This document shows, one piece after another, positions 30,273 through 40,141 of a stretch of DNA of 64,000 nt (position 1 is its first letter; each line of letters opens with the position of its first letter). The stretch is from Tepidisphaera sp. (GTDB taxonomy: Bacteria > Planctomycetota > Phycisphaerae > Phycisphaerales > UBA1924). The DNA lies in NCBI GenBank assembly GCA_050916045.1, contig CP051526.1, forward strand, positions 256,001 through 320,000, given 5' to 3'. The notes beneath the pieces are model-generated. The model had not been told where the DNA came from, did not search any database, and worked only from the letters and a program-made list of their open reading frames with translations. The translations under genes and the position numbers were made by a program.

Positions 30273-31732
30273 ACCGTCTCTGGCTCGTCGCACCAAGCCT
30301 GATGCTCGCGGCTCACGCCGAAGCACAGATCGCGACACCCGCGCCGATCCGCCAACCCGAGCCCGCTTCCCTCGACGACCGCTACCCGCCGACCCGAGAC
30401 TACCGCAAGGAACGCACCGAGATGGTGATCGAAGCGTTCGGCGGATGGAAGCACAACACCGAGAACGGCTATCCCGTCTTCCGGTCGGCCGTCGCGAAGA
30501 TCGCCGGCATGATGCAGTACGCCGTCTCCGGCTCGCCCGTGCTCAAGTCCGGAGCCCCCGGCGACCCGTCGCATACGGATGACGATCTCCTCGGAGTCTT
30601 CTCCAAACCGGAGCAAGCCGAGAGCCCGCTCGCGATCGAGATGCAAGCGATCATCGATCGCTTTCTCGCCACCCCGCTTGCAAGCGATCTCGATGCGCTC
30701 GTCAACGAAACGCGATACTTTCCGCCGACCGATCCCGTCCAGCCCGCGATCGCGGCTCTGCTCCCCGAACTCGGCGAAGCCCGCCAAGCGTCCAAGTTCA
30801 ACGTGTCCCGCATGGCTCTCGCCCATCGCCGAACGGACCGTCGCGAGTTCCTCCGCGCCCTGACGCACAACCTCGCGATCCAGCGAGCCATCTCGGGACA
30901 GCCAAGCCTCATCTCTCACTCCCTCAACGCCGCGATCGACGCTTCCACCTTCGGGTGCATCCTCGACTGCGGCCTCAAGGCGCCGCTGGACCCCGAGCTG
31001 TGCCGCGGCGTGCTTGAGGTCACGCGGGCGTTCCCGATCGCCGACTGGTCTCTCGCGGTTCGCGGCGAGGGGTTGCTCTGCATGGCCACCATCGACTGGA
31101 TGTACGCCGAAGCAGAGCAAGCCGCCCCTTCGCCTCAGGCCGTTCCCGCCGAGCAGATGGAGGCTCCGCAGTGGGCGCCGCGTGTCCAGACGCTCGAACT
31201 CGCCGACACCTATTTCTCCGATCTCGCCCGAGTGTTCGACCCCGACCGCGCCGTCGCCGAATCCGCGCTTGCGAAGGTACGAGCACTCCACGAACAAGCG
31301 AAGGAAAGCGGCTTTCGCACACGTTTCCGCCCCTTCGTGCTTCTCATGCCGACGCTCGAAGCGACCCTCACCACCGAACGGCAGGCCCGCGTCCTCCGCG
31401 ATGCCGCCCGAGTCGCCGCCGCGGCCGATCTCTTCCGCGCCGACCGGGGCGCGTACCCGCAAGCCGTCGCAGACCTCGTGCCCAAGTACCTCGACACCCT
31501 CCCCATCGACTGGTTCAGCCCCACGCGCGACGCTCTGCGTCTCCGCGCGGTCGACCCTTTGCCCGACCGGCTTGGCCGCTCATACCTCATCTACTCCGTC
31601 GGCCAGGACGGCCGCGACGATGGCGGCGTCGAGGACCCCGTTGCCAACACGCGGGCGATTCAGCGAAGCCCCGGATTCGAAGGGCTCGACTTCGTCCTCA
31701 ACTGGCGTCCCGCCCCCGCCAAGCCCGATTAG
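30269..31732 (+). CDS. Secreted hypothetical helical protein with YSVGxDGxDDGG C-terminal motif
   Basis: Signal peptide; GAYPQAVADLVPKYLDTLPID...YLIYSVGQDGRDDGG (GspG-like tail). Confidence 0.75.
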   Translation: MNRLWLVAPSLMLAAHAEAQIATPAPIRQPEPASLDDRYPPTRDYRKERTEMVIEAFGGWKHNTENGYPVFRSAVAKIAGMMQYAVSGSPVLKSGAPGDPSHTDDDLLGVFSKPEQAESPLAIEMQAIIDRFLATPLASDLDALVNETRYFPPTDPVQPAIAALLPELGEARQASKFNVSRMALAHRRTDRREFLRALTHNLAIQRAISGQPSLISHSLNAAIDASTFGCILDCGLKAPLDPELCRGVLEVTRAFPIADWSLAVRGEGLLCMATIDWMYAEAEQAAPSPQAVPAEQMEAPQWAPRVQTLELADTYFSDLARVFDPDRAVAESALAKVRALHEQAKESGFRTRFRPFVLLMPTLEATLTTERQARVLRDAARVAAAADLFRADRGAYPQAVADLVPKYLDTLPIDWFSPTRDALRLRAVDPLPDRLGRSYLIYSVGQDGRDDGGVEDPVANTRAIQRSPGFEGLDFVLNWRPAPAKPD

Positions 31733-32700
31733 TTGCACCGGTTCGGCGGGTTCTTGCCCGCGAGGATCGCCGCGACGTTCTCGCTCACCATCTTCACCAT
31801 GAGGCCCCGGCTCGTCCGGTTCGCCGACCCGATGTGCGGCGCGAGCGTGACATTCTCCAGCCCGATCAGCTCCGGATGAACCTCCGGCTCACGCTCATAC
31901 ACGTCAAGCCCGGCTCCCCAGATCCTCCCGGCTTTCAGGTGCGCCGCCAGCGCCGCTTCATCCACCACCGGCCCCCGCGCCGTGTTGATCAGCATCGCGT
32001 CCGGCTTCATCATGCCCAGCGTCCGCGCGTTCATCAGGTGCCGCGTTTCCGGCGTCAGCGGCGTGTGCAAGCTCACGACATCCGCCCACGCCAAGCCCTC
32101 CTCAAGCCCGAGCCGCTTGGCGTTCAGCGGCGCTGTCTCAAAGTCCAGGTGCACGCTCCGCGCCACGTACCCGATCCGCATCCCCCAGCCCATCGACCGC
32201 AGCGCCGTCGCGTACCCGATCCGACCCGCGCCCACGATCAACAGGTTCCGCCCCGCAAGCTCAAGCCCGATGTGCGCCGCCATCGACAGGTGCCCGTTCG
32301 CCGGATACGCCGCGCTCCGCGCGAACCGGTCGTTCTGCGGGATCCGCCGCGCCGTCGCCAGAAGCAGAGCCCACGCCAGATCCGCCGTCCCCTCCGTCAC
32401 CGCGTCCGGCGTGTTCGTCACCACCACGCCCCGCGAAGCGCACAACGGCTTGTCGATGTTGTCCGTCCCCACCGCGCACTGACACACCCCGCGAAGCTGC
32501 GGCCCTGCCGCATCCAGAAACTCCGCATCCACCTTGTCCGTGTACATCGTCACCACCACCGTCGCACCCCGAACCGCCGCGAGCAGAGCTTCCCGCGTCG
32601 GCTTGGCGTCCCCCCCCTCGCGCACCTCGATCGTGCCCGGAAGCGTGAGGCGGCCCGAAAGCTGGCGCGTGATGACGACGAGCGGTGAATCGGTTGGCAT
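31729..32700 (-). CDS. D-2-hydroxyacid dehydrogenase (glyoxylate/hydroxypyruvate reductase-like)
   Basis: VGAGRIG, VSLHTPLT, INTARGPVVDE, AGLDVYEREP, PHIGSA. Confidence 0.93.
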   Translation of the reverse strand: MPTDSPLVVITRQLSGRLTLPGTIEVREGGDAKPTREALLAAVRGATVVVTMYTDKVDAEFLDAAGPQLRGVCQCAVGTDNIDKPLCASRGVVVTNTPDAVTEGTADLAWALLLATARRIPQNDRFARSAAYPANGHLSMAAHIGLELAGRNLLIVGAGRIGYATALRSMGWGMRIGYVARSVHLDFETAPLNAKRLGLEEGLAWADVVSLHTPLTPETRHLMNARTLGMMKPDAMLINTARGPVVDEAALAAHLKAGRIWGAGLDVYEREPEVHPELIGLENVTLAPHIGSANRTSRGLMVKMVSENVAAILAGKNPPNRCN

Positions 32701-32729
32701 GCAGGAAGGTAGGAGCGAATGATCCGCCT

Positions 32730-33545
32730 ATGGACGACCGCTTCAAGGAGTTTCCCAAGTACCTCGCCGAGCGAGCGCGCCGTCTCACGCTGGGAAACGC
32801 CCCCGCGATGGTCGCGCTCCCCGACCTCGCACCCGGCCAGTCCGCCCCCGCCGTCCTCTGGCTCCACGGCCGCACCGCAAGCAAGGAGATGGACCCCGGC
32901 CGCTACATGCGATGGCTCCGAGCGGGCATTGCCGCGGTCGCGATCGACCTCCCCGGCCACGGCGAACGCCTCGACGCCGCCATGCAGGAACCCGCTCGCA
33001 CCCTCGACGTCCTCGAGCAAGCCCTGTTCGAGATCGACGCGATCGTCCGCGACATCCGTGCCCTCTCCGGCGTCGACCCGGCCCGCCTCGCCATCGGCGG
33101 CATGTCCCTGGGCGGCATGGTCACCCTCCGCCGCTTGTGCGACCCGCACCCCTTCCGAGCCGCCGCCGTCGAGGGCACCTCCGGCTGGCTTGAGGGCATG
33201 TACTTCCCGACGGATTTCGGCCTCCCCGTCCGCCCCTGGCCCGTCGACCACCCGCGCCCGCGCGTGCAGAAGCTCGAAGCCCAGCGCAACCTCGGCGGCA
33301 TGACGCCCCTCCCGCTACTCCTCCTTCACAGCGAAGCTGACGAAATGGTCCCCTGGGAAGTCCAGAAGCGATTCATCGAGTCGCTCCGCGCCCACTACAC
33401 ATCCCGTGCCGCCGACCCCGCGATGATTCAGGTCCAGACCTGGCCCACCACCGGCGCCCCCCGCGAACACATCGGCTTCGGCCGCATGAGCAACGACGCG
33501 AAGAATCTCCAGACGGAGTTCTTCGCCCGTTCACTCGGCGTTTGA
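32730..33545 (+). CDS. Alpha/beta hydrolase (esterase-like)
   Basis: LWLHG, DLPGHG, GMSLGG nucleophile elbow, DEMVP, EH. Confidence 0.88.
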   Translation: MDDRFKEFPKYLAERARRLTLGNAPAMVALPDLAPGQSAPAVLWLHGRTASKEMDPGRYMRWLRAGIAAVAIDLPGHGERLDAAMQEPARTLDVLEQALFEIDAIVRDIRALSGVDPARLAIGGMSLGGMVTLRRLCDPHPFRAAAVEGTSGWLEGMYFPTDFGLPVRPWPVDHPRPRVQKLEAQRNLGGMTPLPLLLLHSEADEMVPWEVQKRFIESLRAHYTSRAADPAMIQVQTWPTTGAPREHIGFGRMSNDAKNLQTEFFARSLGV

Positions 33546-34610
33546 AGCGCCCAAGGCGATCGGCTTCCGCCACGAGAATGCCATCCCCGGTCGCCGCACC
33601 GCCCACACCAAAAGCCCCGCGCCCGCCGCCAGCATCCCAACCGAAAGCCATTGCCCCCGCGTCAGCCCCATGATGTACTGCGTCTTCAGCGGGTCCGGAA
33701 GCCGCCAGTACTGCTCGATCAAAATCCGAAGCACCCCGTACATCAGCAGGAACGACGCCGTGATCACCCCCGGCTTCCGCGGCTTCGCCCAGATCAGCCA
33801 AAGCAACCCGCCCACGACGATTCCCTCCGCCGCCGCTTGGTAAAGCTGGCTCGGATGCCGCGCCGCCAGAAGCGGTGTCAGCTGCGTCGCAAGCTCATTC
33901 GCCGCCGCCGTCGATTTGCTCTGCACCGCCTGCACCAGCCGCTCGATCGCCGCTCCGTCCGTGTCCCCCTCCACCCGCACCTTGTCCGCCAGATCAAGCA
34001 GCGCCGTCGTCTGCTCCGGCGTCAGCTTCGGCCGATGCTCCGAAAGCAGCTCCTCCGGGAACCGCACCGACCACCACGGCCCCGGCTCGCCGGGCTTGGC
34101 GACAATCCGCCCCAAGAGCTCGCCATTCACGAAATTCGCAAGCCGGCCGAAAAGCAGCCCCGGCACAGCGATCAGACACGACACATCCGCGATGTGAAAC
34201 ACCGGCGCCTTCCCCAACCGCGTTCCGTCCTCTTGCACAAACCCGCGCGAGATCCACCATGCCGCCGCAAGCACACCCGCCATCCCCCCGTGCGAAGCCA
34301 TCCCGCCCTTCTGAATCGCGAAGACGCCCCAGTACGGAAACGTGCCCGACAGATCCGTGAGAAGCGACGGGCTGTAGAAAAGCACGTACCCCAGCCTACC
34401 GCCCACCACCACGCCGAACACGAAGATCAGAATCACATCGATCGCGTTCTGCGGCGGTACCAGCACGCGCCGCTTCTTCCCAAGCATGTACAGGATGATC
34501 CCCGCCACCAGAAAGCCCATCAGATACGAAACCCCGTACCACCGTATCTTGAGAAGCCCAAGGTCCAGAAGCACAGGGTCCATGCGATGAAGATGCGAAG
34601 CGTCAATCAT
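33531..34610 (-). CDS. lgt: Prolipoprotein diacylglyceryl transferase
   Basis: IRWYG, GGRLGYV, GGMASHGG, GRLANFVNGELLG, RHPSQLY. Confidence 0.96.
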   Translation of the reverse strand: MIDASHLHRMDPVLLDLGLLKIRWYGVSYLMGFLVAGIILYMLGKKRRVLVPPQNAIDVILIFVFGVVVGGRLGYVLFYSPSLLTDLSGTFPYWGVFAIQKGGMASHGGMAGVLAAAWWISRGFVQEDGTRLGKAPVFHIADVSCLIAVPGLLFGRLANFVNGELLGRIVAKPGEPGPWWSVRFPEELLSEHRPKLTPEQTTALLDLADKVRVEGDTDGAAIERLVQAVQSKSTAAANELATQLTPLLAARHPSQLYQAAAEGIVVGGLLWLIWAKPRKPGVITASFLLMYGVLRILIEQYWRLPDPLKTQYIMGLTRGQWLSVGMLAAGAGLLVWAVRRPGMAFSWRKPIALGASNAE

Positions 34611-34628
34611 GGGGGCTCGCTCAGTCCT

Positions 34629-35414
34629 TCAAGAAACCGCCGGCACCGTGATGCCGAAGAATGCCTTCGTGTTCGCGTTGATCTGCTCAAGAAATGCCGG
34701 AAGCGACTCGCCGCGAGCTTCCGCCACCCTCGCCGCTGTCAAGCTAGCCATCCACGGCTCGCACGGCCGCGTCCCGCGGTGCGGCTCGGGCGGCAGGAAC
34801 GGCGCATCCGTCTCGATCATGATCCGGTCCTTCGGCACCAGCTTCGCCGCTTCCCGAACCTCCGCCGCGCTCTTGTACGTCGCGACGCCGGTAAAGCTCA
34901 TGAACGACCCAAGGTCCAGCGCCAGCTTCGCGTCCGCCCGCGACCCGGTGAAGCAGTGGAACACCATCCGCGTCGTGTCCAGCCCGCTCGCTTTGAGAAT
35001 CGGCACCAGATCCGCGAACGCCTCGCGGCAGTGAAGCACGATCGGCTTCTTCACGCCCGACCGTTTGATGAACTCCAGGTGTTCCTCAAGCACCGCGTGC
35101 TGCACGTCCCGCGCCGGCTCCGAATAGTGGTTATCCAAACCAAGCTCGCCCCACGCGACGCACTTCGGATCCGCGATGCACGTTCCCAGATTCTCCCACA
35201 CGTGCGGACCCTCGTGCGAGTGAAGCGGGTGGATCCCCGCCGTCGACCAGACATTCGCGTACGTCCGCGCCAGAGCGAGCGCCTGCAGACAGTCGCTCGT
35301 CGTCGTCGAGATCGTGATCGCTCCCGTCACGCCCTTCGCCCGGGCGATCTCAAGCACCGAGGGCACCCGCTTCGCAAAATCCGGGAATGTCAGATGGCAA
35401 TGCGTGTCAATCAC
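34629..35414 (-). CDS. tatD: TatD family hydrolase
   Basis: IDTHCH, GIHP, GELGLD, LHCRE, FHCFTG, IETDAPFL. Confidence 0.95.
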   Translation of the reverse strand: MIDTHCHLTFPDFAKRVPSVLEIARAKGVTGAITISTTTSDCLQALALARTYANVWSTAGIHPLHSHEGPHVWENLGTCIADPKCVAWGELGLDNHYSEPARDVQHAVLEEHLEFIKRSGVKKPIVLHCREAFADLVPILKASGLDTTRMVFHCFTGSRADAKLALDLGSFMSFTGVATYKSAAEVREAAKLVPKDRIMIETDAPFLPPEPHRGTRPCEPWMASLTAARVAEARGESLPAFLEQINANTKAFFGITVPAVS

Positions 35415-35470
35415 ACCGCAGTGTACCCCGCCCCGCGAACCCTCCCGCGACTCGGCGGTACACTCCCATC

Positions 35471-37048
35471 ATGACAACCCCCGCCAAGCCACGCTTGTCC
35501 CGGTTCTTCAGGCTTTACTCGGCTTGCGGGATGCTCATCCTCGCCGTCGGCTCCGCGTCGGTCTTCGCCGCGGCCGCCTCCGCGCGGACGTCCGTCCAGC
35601 CCGCCGCGACCGCTCTCGCCGCCACCCGAACCGAACACTGGTACGAGGTCTCCCTCGGCGGCAAGCACGCCGGCTACCAGCACAGCCAGGTCATCCGCGA
35701 GAACGACCTCATCACCACCCGCCAGCGCGTCCTCCTCGTCATCAAGCGCGGTCAGACCGAGATCAAGAACTCCGTCGAAGCCGAAACCGTCGAGACCTCC
35801 GCCAACGTCCTCAAATCCATGCGCTCCCGCACCGAACTCGGCGGCAAACCCATGGTCGCCGAGTACACCTTTGGCGGCGATACCGTCAAGATCACCCGCA
35901 TCCAGGACGGCAACAAGCTCGAGTCCTCCGAAAGCCTCCCCAAGCCCTCCGACCCCGCTTGGCTCACCCCAGCCGCCGCGCAGACCTTCATCGCAACCCG
36001 CCAAGCCGCAGGCGCCAAAGACTTCAAGGTCACCACCATCGACCCCGCCGGAGGCCTCGAACCCTCCACCGACGCGTACACGCTCCTCGAACAAGCCAAC
36101 CTCGACGTCTCCGGCAAAAAGGTCAAGACCTGGAAGTACAAGGTCGTCGCCGGCAAGCCCAAAGACCTTGAGCAGACCATGTGGCTTGACGAAAAAGGCG
36201 AAGTCGTCCGGATCGAGATGGACCTCGGCGGAACCAAGCTCATCACCATGGCTTCCGACCGCGCAAGAGCCCTGCGAGCGACCGAAAGCCCCGAAATCAT
36301 GGTCGCCACCTTCGTCAAGCCCACCGGCAAGACCAAGTCGCTCGCCGACGCCCGCAAGGTCACCCAAGCCGAGTTCCTCGTCTCCATCCCCGACGGCGAC
36401 CTTCCCGACCTTCCCGTCACCGGCACGCAGACCTTTACCCGCCGCTCAAAGTCCTCCGGCGTCGTCACCGTCGATGCTTCCGGCAAAGCCCAAGCCGCCA
36501 AGGGCGATGACGACGGGGCCCTCAAGCCATCCGCATGGGTCAACAGCGAGGACGACGAGATCGTCAAGGAAACCCGCAAAGCTCTGGCTTCGCTGAAAGA
36601 ACAAGCCACCCCCGCCGAGAAAGCCGAAGCCATCCGCGCTCACGTCCACCGCTTCATCCAAAGCAAAAATCTCGGCAGCGGCTTCGCCACCGCCAGCGAG
36701 GTCGTCCGCTCAAAGTCCGGCGACTGCACCGAGCACGCCCTCCTCACCGCCGCCATGCTCCGCGCCGCAAGCATCCCCTCCCGCGTCGTCAGCGGCCTGG
36801 TCTTCGCCGATCAGTTCGCCGGTGAGCACCAGGTCTTCGCGTACCACATGTGGACCCAGGCCCGCATCGAGGTCGACGGCACCCCCCGCTGGATCGAGCT
36901 CGACGCCACCCTCGCGAGCCAAGCGTTCGACGCGACGCACATCGCCCTCGTGACGACCACCCTCAAGGACGGCGAATTCGAGACCGCCATGAGCCCGATC
37001 GCGAAAATGCTGGGCAAGCTCAAGGTCGAGGTCGTTCGAGCCGAATAG
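35471..37048 (+). CDS. Secreted transglutaminase-like domain protein
   Basis: Signal region; GDCTEHA, IPSRVVSG, YHMWTQ, WIELDAT (Cys-His-Asp). Confidence 0.88.
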   Translation: MTTPAKPRLSRFFRLYSACGMLILAVGSASVFAAAASARTSVQPAATALAATRTEHWYEVSLGGKHAGYQHSQVIRENDLITTRQRVLLVIKRGQTEIKNSVEAETVETSANVLKSMRSRTELGGKPMVAEYTFGGDTVKITRIQDGNKLESSESLPKPSDPAWLTPAAAQTFIATRQAAGAKDFKVTTIDPAGGLEPSTDAYTLLEQANLDVSGKKVKTWKYKVVAGKPKDLEQTMWLDEKGEVVRIEMDLGGTKLITMASDRARALRATESPEIMVATFVKPTGKTKSLADARKVTQAEFLVSIPDGDLPDLPVTGTQTFTRRSKSSGVVTVDASGKAQAAKGDDDGALKPSAWVNSEDDEIVKETRKALASLKEQATPAEKAEAIRAHVHRFIQSKNLGSGFATASEVVRSKSGDCTEHALLTAAMLRAASIPSRVVSGLVFADQFAGEHQVFAYHMWTQARIEVDGTPRWIELDATLASQAFDATHIALVTTTLKDGEFETAMSPIAKMLGKLKVEVVRAE

Positions 37049-37710
37049 GGCCAGAAGAGACGACCGCGCGAGCGGTCGACGACGCCCTATTCCCCTCAGC
37101 ACCCATTCCAGCCCACACCCAACCAATCCCGTCCGGCCACCGCGAGGGCCCGTCCCAAGGCCCGCTCTCCTCGCAGCACCTCAGCGAGCTCAAAGCCGCA
37201 CGCGCCCGCTCCGCCAAGATCCGCCGGGCCGCCGCCGTTGCCCTCTTCAACGGCTGGACGCTCGCCCTCGCCGCGGCCTTCTCGCTTCTCATGCTCCTCT
37301 TTGACCTCTCCGTGCTGAACGCCGTCCTCGTCCTCGCGCTCGCCGCTTTCGCCACCGTCGAGTTCCGAGGAGCCGCCGGCCTCCGCAAGCTGAGCCCCGC
37401 CGCCGCCCGCACCCTCGGCCGCAATCAGCTCACCCTCGCCGCGGCCGTCTTCACGTACTGCCTCTGGCAGCTCTGGCAAGCCGCGACCAACCCGCCGGTC
37501 GTCCCGCCAACCGGCGACCCTCACATGGATGAACTCATCACCGGCGTGTCCAAGTACGTCGCGTTCGCGCTGTACGGCAGCCTCGCGGTCCTCGGCACCC
37601 TCTTCTCCGGCCTCAACGCGTGGTACTACTTCACCCGCGCCCGTACCGTCGAGCAGTTCATCGCGACCACGCCCGACTGGGTCCGCACGACCCTCCGCGT
37701 CGCCGCTTGA
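37045..37710 (+). CDS. Hypothetical 4-TM membrane protein (start uncertain)
   Basis: Strong codon bias and hydrophobic segments from about 37170; no in-frame ATG/GTG/TTG between the upstream stop and the first TM. Confidence 0.65.
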   Translation: MGPEETTARAVDDALFPSAPIPAHTQPIPSGHREGPSQGPLSSQHLSELKAARARSAKIRRAAAVALFNGWTLALAAAFSLLMLLFDLSVLNAVLVLALAAFATVEFRGAAGLRKLSPAAARTLGRNQLTLAAAVFTYCLWQLWQAATNPPVVPPTGDPHMDELITGVSKYVAFALYGSLAVLGTLFSGLNAWYYFTRARTVEQFIATTPDWVRTTLRVAA

Positions 37711-37724
37711 AGAGGCGTGTGGAG

Positions 37725-38588
37725 TCAGCGCCCGGACAACTCCTGCAATTCACGAAGCTCGCGACCTTGTGAATCTCGCCATTCCCTTCGACCGTTGGCA
37801 TTTCGAGCCAGTACAACCGCCGCCGCAGTAGAGGGGGACGACATTACATAGCGCTGAGTAAATCGATAGATCTCACCGGTTCGAACAAGGACGCCCGACT
37901 CCAGGAGCTGCCGTCGCAGCGCGGTTACGTAAGGGGGAGTCGTAGGCGTCTCCGTCAGCGCGGCCGTAGACCCCTCCTCAATCACAAAGCCGTCGTCGCT
38001 CTCATAACCGGATGCTTCTGCACCCTTTCCGCTCGCTCGAAGCCGAGGGGTGGAAACTACGACCGCGGATGGCTGCTCAAACACGCCAAGGCCAAGTACA
38101 GGGAAGCACAACAGCATCTCGGCGAGAAACCCGTCCGTCTCTGCTTCGTCGGCTTCCGAAAGAGACGGTCGATCTGGTACGTTTGCGTTGTCGATCTCGC
38201 ACCGCTTCGCGGTCGCCGCTAGTGCGACGAGACGGGACTCGAGGTACTGCACGTGCGCCTTGTTGAGATTGTCGTCTTTGCTGACGAAAGCAAATCCTTG
38301 CGTCCAGAACTCCTTCTTCGAGGAGTGTGAATCAAGGCGAGGCCGGATCGGATCGCCCTCGCCCACGTAAATGCGGAGGGCTCCCGTTGATTCGGACGGT
38401 CCAGTGAGAACGTATACTCCAGTTTTGTCGAACTCACGTCGTTGTTTTGCCTCTTGGTAGCTTGAACGAGGAAAAACCACTCCCCTTCCACTCCAGTTCG
38501 ACTTCTCAACGGTTCGGATCCCGGACGGCGATCCGTCCGCGACGAAAATCCTAATCGAGAATGGACGCTGTTTGACCGTGGTTGTCAT
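37725..38588 (-). CDS. GIY-YIG nuclease family protein with C-terminal DUF4357-like domain
   Basis: GVYVL...IYVGE...RLDSH...YLE; C-terminal SSPSTAAAVVLARNANGRREW; lower GC than flanks. Confidence 0.88.
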   Translation of the reverse strand: MTTTVKQRPFSIRIFVADGSPSGIRTVEKSNWSGRGVVFPRSSYQEAKQRREFDKTGVYVLTGPSESTGALRIYVGEGDPIRPRLDSHSSKKEFWTQGFAFVSKDDNLNKAHVQYLESRLVALAATAKRCEIDNANVPDRPSLSEADEAETDGFLAEMLLCFPVLGLGVFEQPSAVVVSTPRLRASGKGAEASGYESDDGFVIEEGSTAALTETPTTPPYVTALRRQLLESGVLVRTGEIYRFTQRYVMSSPSTAAAVVLARNANGRREWRDSQGRELRELQELSGR

Positions 38589-38634
38589 CAGGAACTTCCT
38601 GTCGTTTAGCCAACCGATTGGATGAGTCCTGAGC

Positions 38635-39297
38635 TCACACCGCGACCGTCCCCACGTTCGCCGCCACGTCGAACGCGGCTTCCGTCCCCTTTTTGACCTC
38701 GTCCATCGTCACGCCCGGCGCAAGCTCGATCAGCTTGAACCGGCTCGTCTTCTCGTCAAACTCGAACACCGCAAGGTCCGTGATGAGCATGTGCACGCAC
38801 CGCTTGCCCGTCAGCGGCAACCCGCACGACTTGACGAACTTCGCCACGCCTCCCTTGGCCGTGTGCTCCATCACGACGATAACCCGCCGCACCCCCGCGA
38901 CCAGGTCCATCGCTCCGCCCATCCCCTTCACAAGCTTGCCCGGCACCATCCAGTTCGCCAGGTCGCCGCTCTCCGACACCTGCATCGCTCCCAGAATGCA
39001 CATGTCGATGTGCCCGCCTCGGATCATCGCGAACGACTCCGCCGACGAGAAGAACGACGCACCCGCTCGGGCCGTCACCGTCTGCTTCCCCGCGTTGATC
39101 AGGTCCGCATCCACCTTGTCCTCGGTCGGGAACGGCCCGATCCCGAGCAGCCCGTTCTCGCTCTGAAGCCAGACATCCATCCCCTTGGGGATGAAGTTGG
39201 CAACCAGCGTCGGAATGCCGATCCCCAGGTTCACGACGTACCCATCGCGGAGTTCCTTCGCCGCACGCATCGCAAGTTGGTCCCGAGTCAGTGGCAT
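38635..39297 (-). CDS. scoB: 3-oxoacid CoA-transferase subunit B
   Basis: [32 protein letters not shown]. Confidence 0.93.
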   Translation of the reverse strand: MPLTRDQLAMRAAKELRDGYVVNLGIGIPTLVANFIPKGMDVWLQSENGLLGIGPFPTEDKVDADLINAGKQTVTARAGASFFSSAESFAMIRGGHIDMCILGAMQVSESGDLANWMVPGKLVKGMGGAMDLVAGVRRVIVVMEHTAKGGVAKFVKSCGLPLTGKRCVHMLITDLAVFEFDEKTSRFKLIELAPGVTMDEVKKGTEAAFDVAANVGTVAV

Positions 39298-39387
39298 AGG
39301 TCCTCAGGATATGCCCCGTGCACGCCTTACTCCCTAGGCTCTCTCCCTCTCGAAAAGCCCCGCTTGACCCCCCAACGAGACTCCCTC

Positions 39388-40131
39388 ATGAGCACGCTCG
39401 GCATCCTCTCCGCCATGCCGCAGGAACTCGACGCCGTCCTCGCCATGATGTCCCGCGTCACGACCACCAGCCGGGCGGGCCGGACCTTCCACCGCGGCTT
39501 GCTCGAAGGCATCCCCGCCGTCGCGGTCTTCTCCCGGTGGGGAAAGGTCGCCGCCGCGTCCACCGCGACCGAGCTCCTGATCGGGCACGGCGTCTCGCGG
39601 ATCGTCTTTACCGGAGTCGCTGGCGGCCTCGCCCCGGGCGTCGCCGTCGGCGACATCGTCGTCGCCCACCGCCTGTGGCAGCACGACCTGGACGCCTCCC
39701 CCCTCTACCCCCGCGGCGAGATCCCGCTCCTGGGCGTTGCCGCGATCGAGTCCGACCCCGCGCTCCGACAAGCCCTCCTTCAGTCAAGCCAAGCGTTCAT
39801 CCGCGACGAGCTCTCCGCCCTGAGATCCCCGATGCTCGCACGCACGCCCCGCGTCCATCTCGGCGACATCGCTTCCGGCGATCGGTTCATCGCAAGCGAC
39901 GCCGCCCGGGCCGACGTGCTCGCCGCGGTTCCCTCCGCGCTCTGCGTCGAGATGGAGGGCGCCGCCGTCGCGCAGGTCTGCCACGAGCACGGCATCCCCT
40001 TCGCCTGTGTCCGCACCATCAGCGACACCGCCGACGCCCACGCCGCCGGAACCGTCATGGACTTCATCAACGCCCTCGCCGGGGTCTATTCCGCAGGCAT
40101 CATCTCGCGAGCGGCCAAGCTCCACGCCTGA
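39388..40131 (+). CDS. mtnN: 5'-methylthioadenosine/S-adenosylhomocysteine nucleosidase
   Basis: AMPQE, GKVAAA, TGVAGG, SGDRFI, VEMEGAA, RTISD. Confidence 0.92.
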   Translation: MSTLGILSAMPQELDAVLAMMSRVTTTSRAGRTFHRGLLEGIPAVAVFSRWGKVAAASTATELLIGHGVSRIVFTGVAGGLAPGVAVGDIVVAHRLWQHDLDASPLYPRGEIPLLGVAAIESDPALRQALLQSSQAFIRDELSALRSPMLARTPRVHLGDIASGDRFIASDAARADVLAAVPSALCVEMEGAAVAQVCHEHGIPFACVRTISDTADAHAAGTVMDFINALAGVYSAGIISRAAKLHA

Positions 40132-40141
40132 CCATGCTCGC

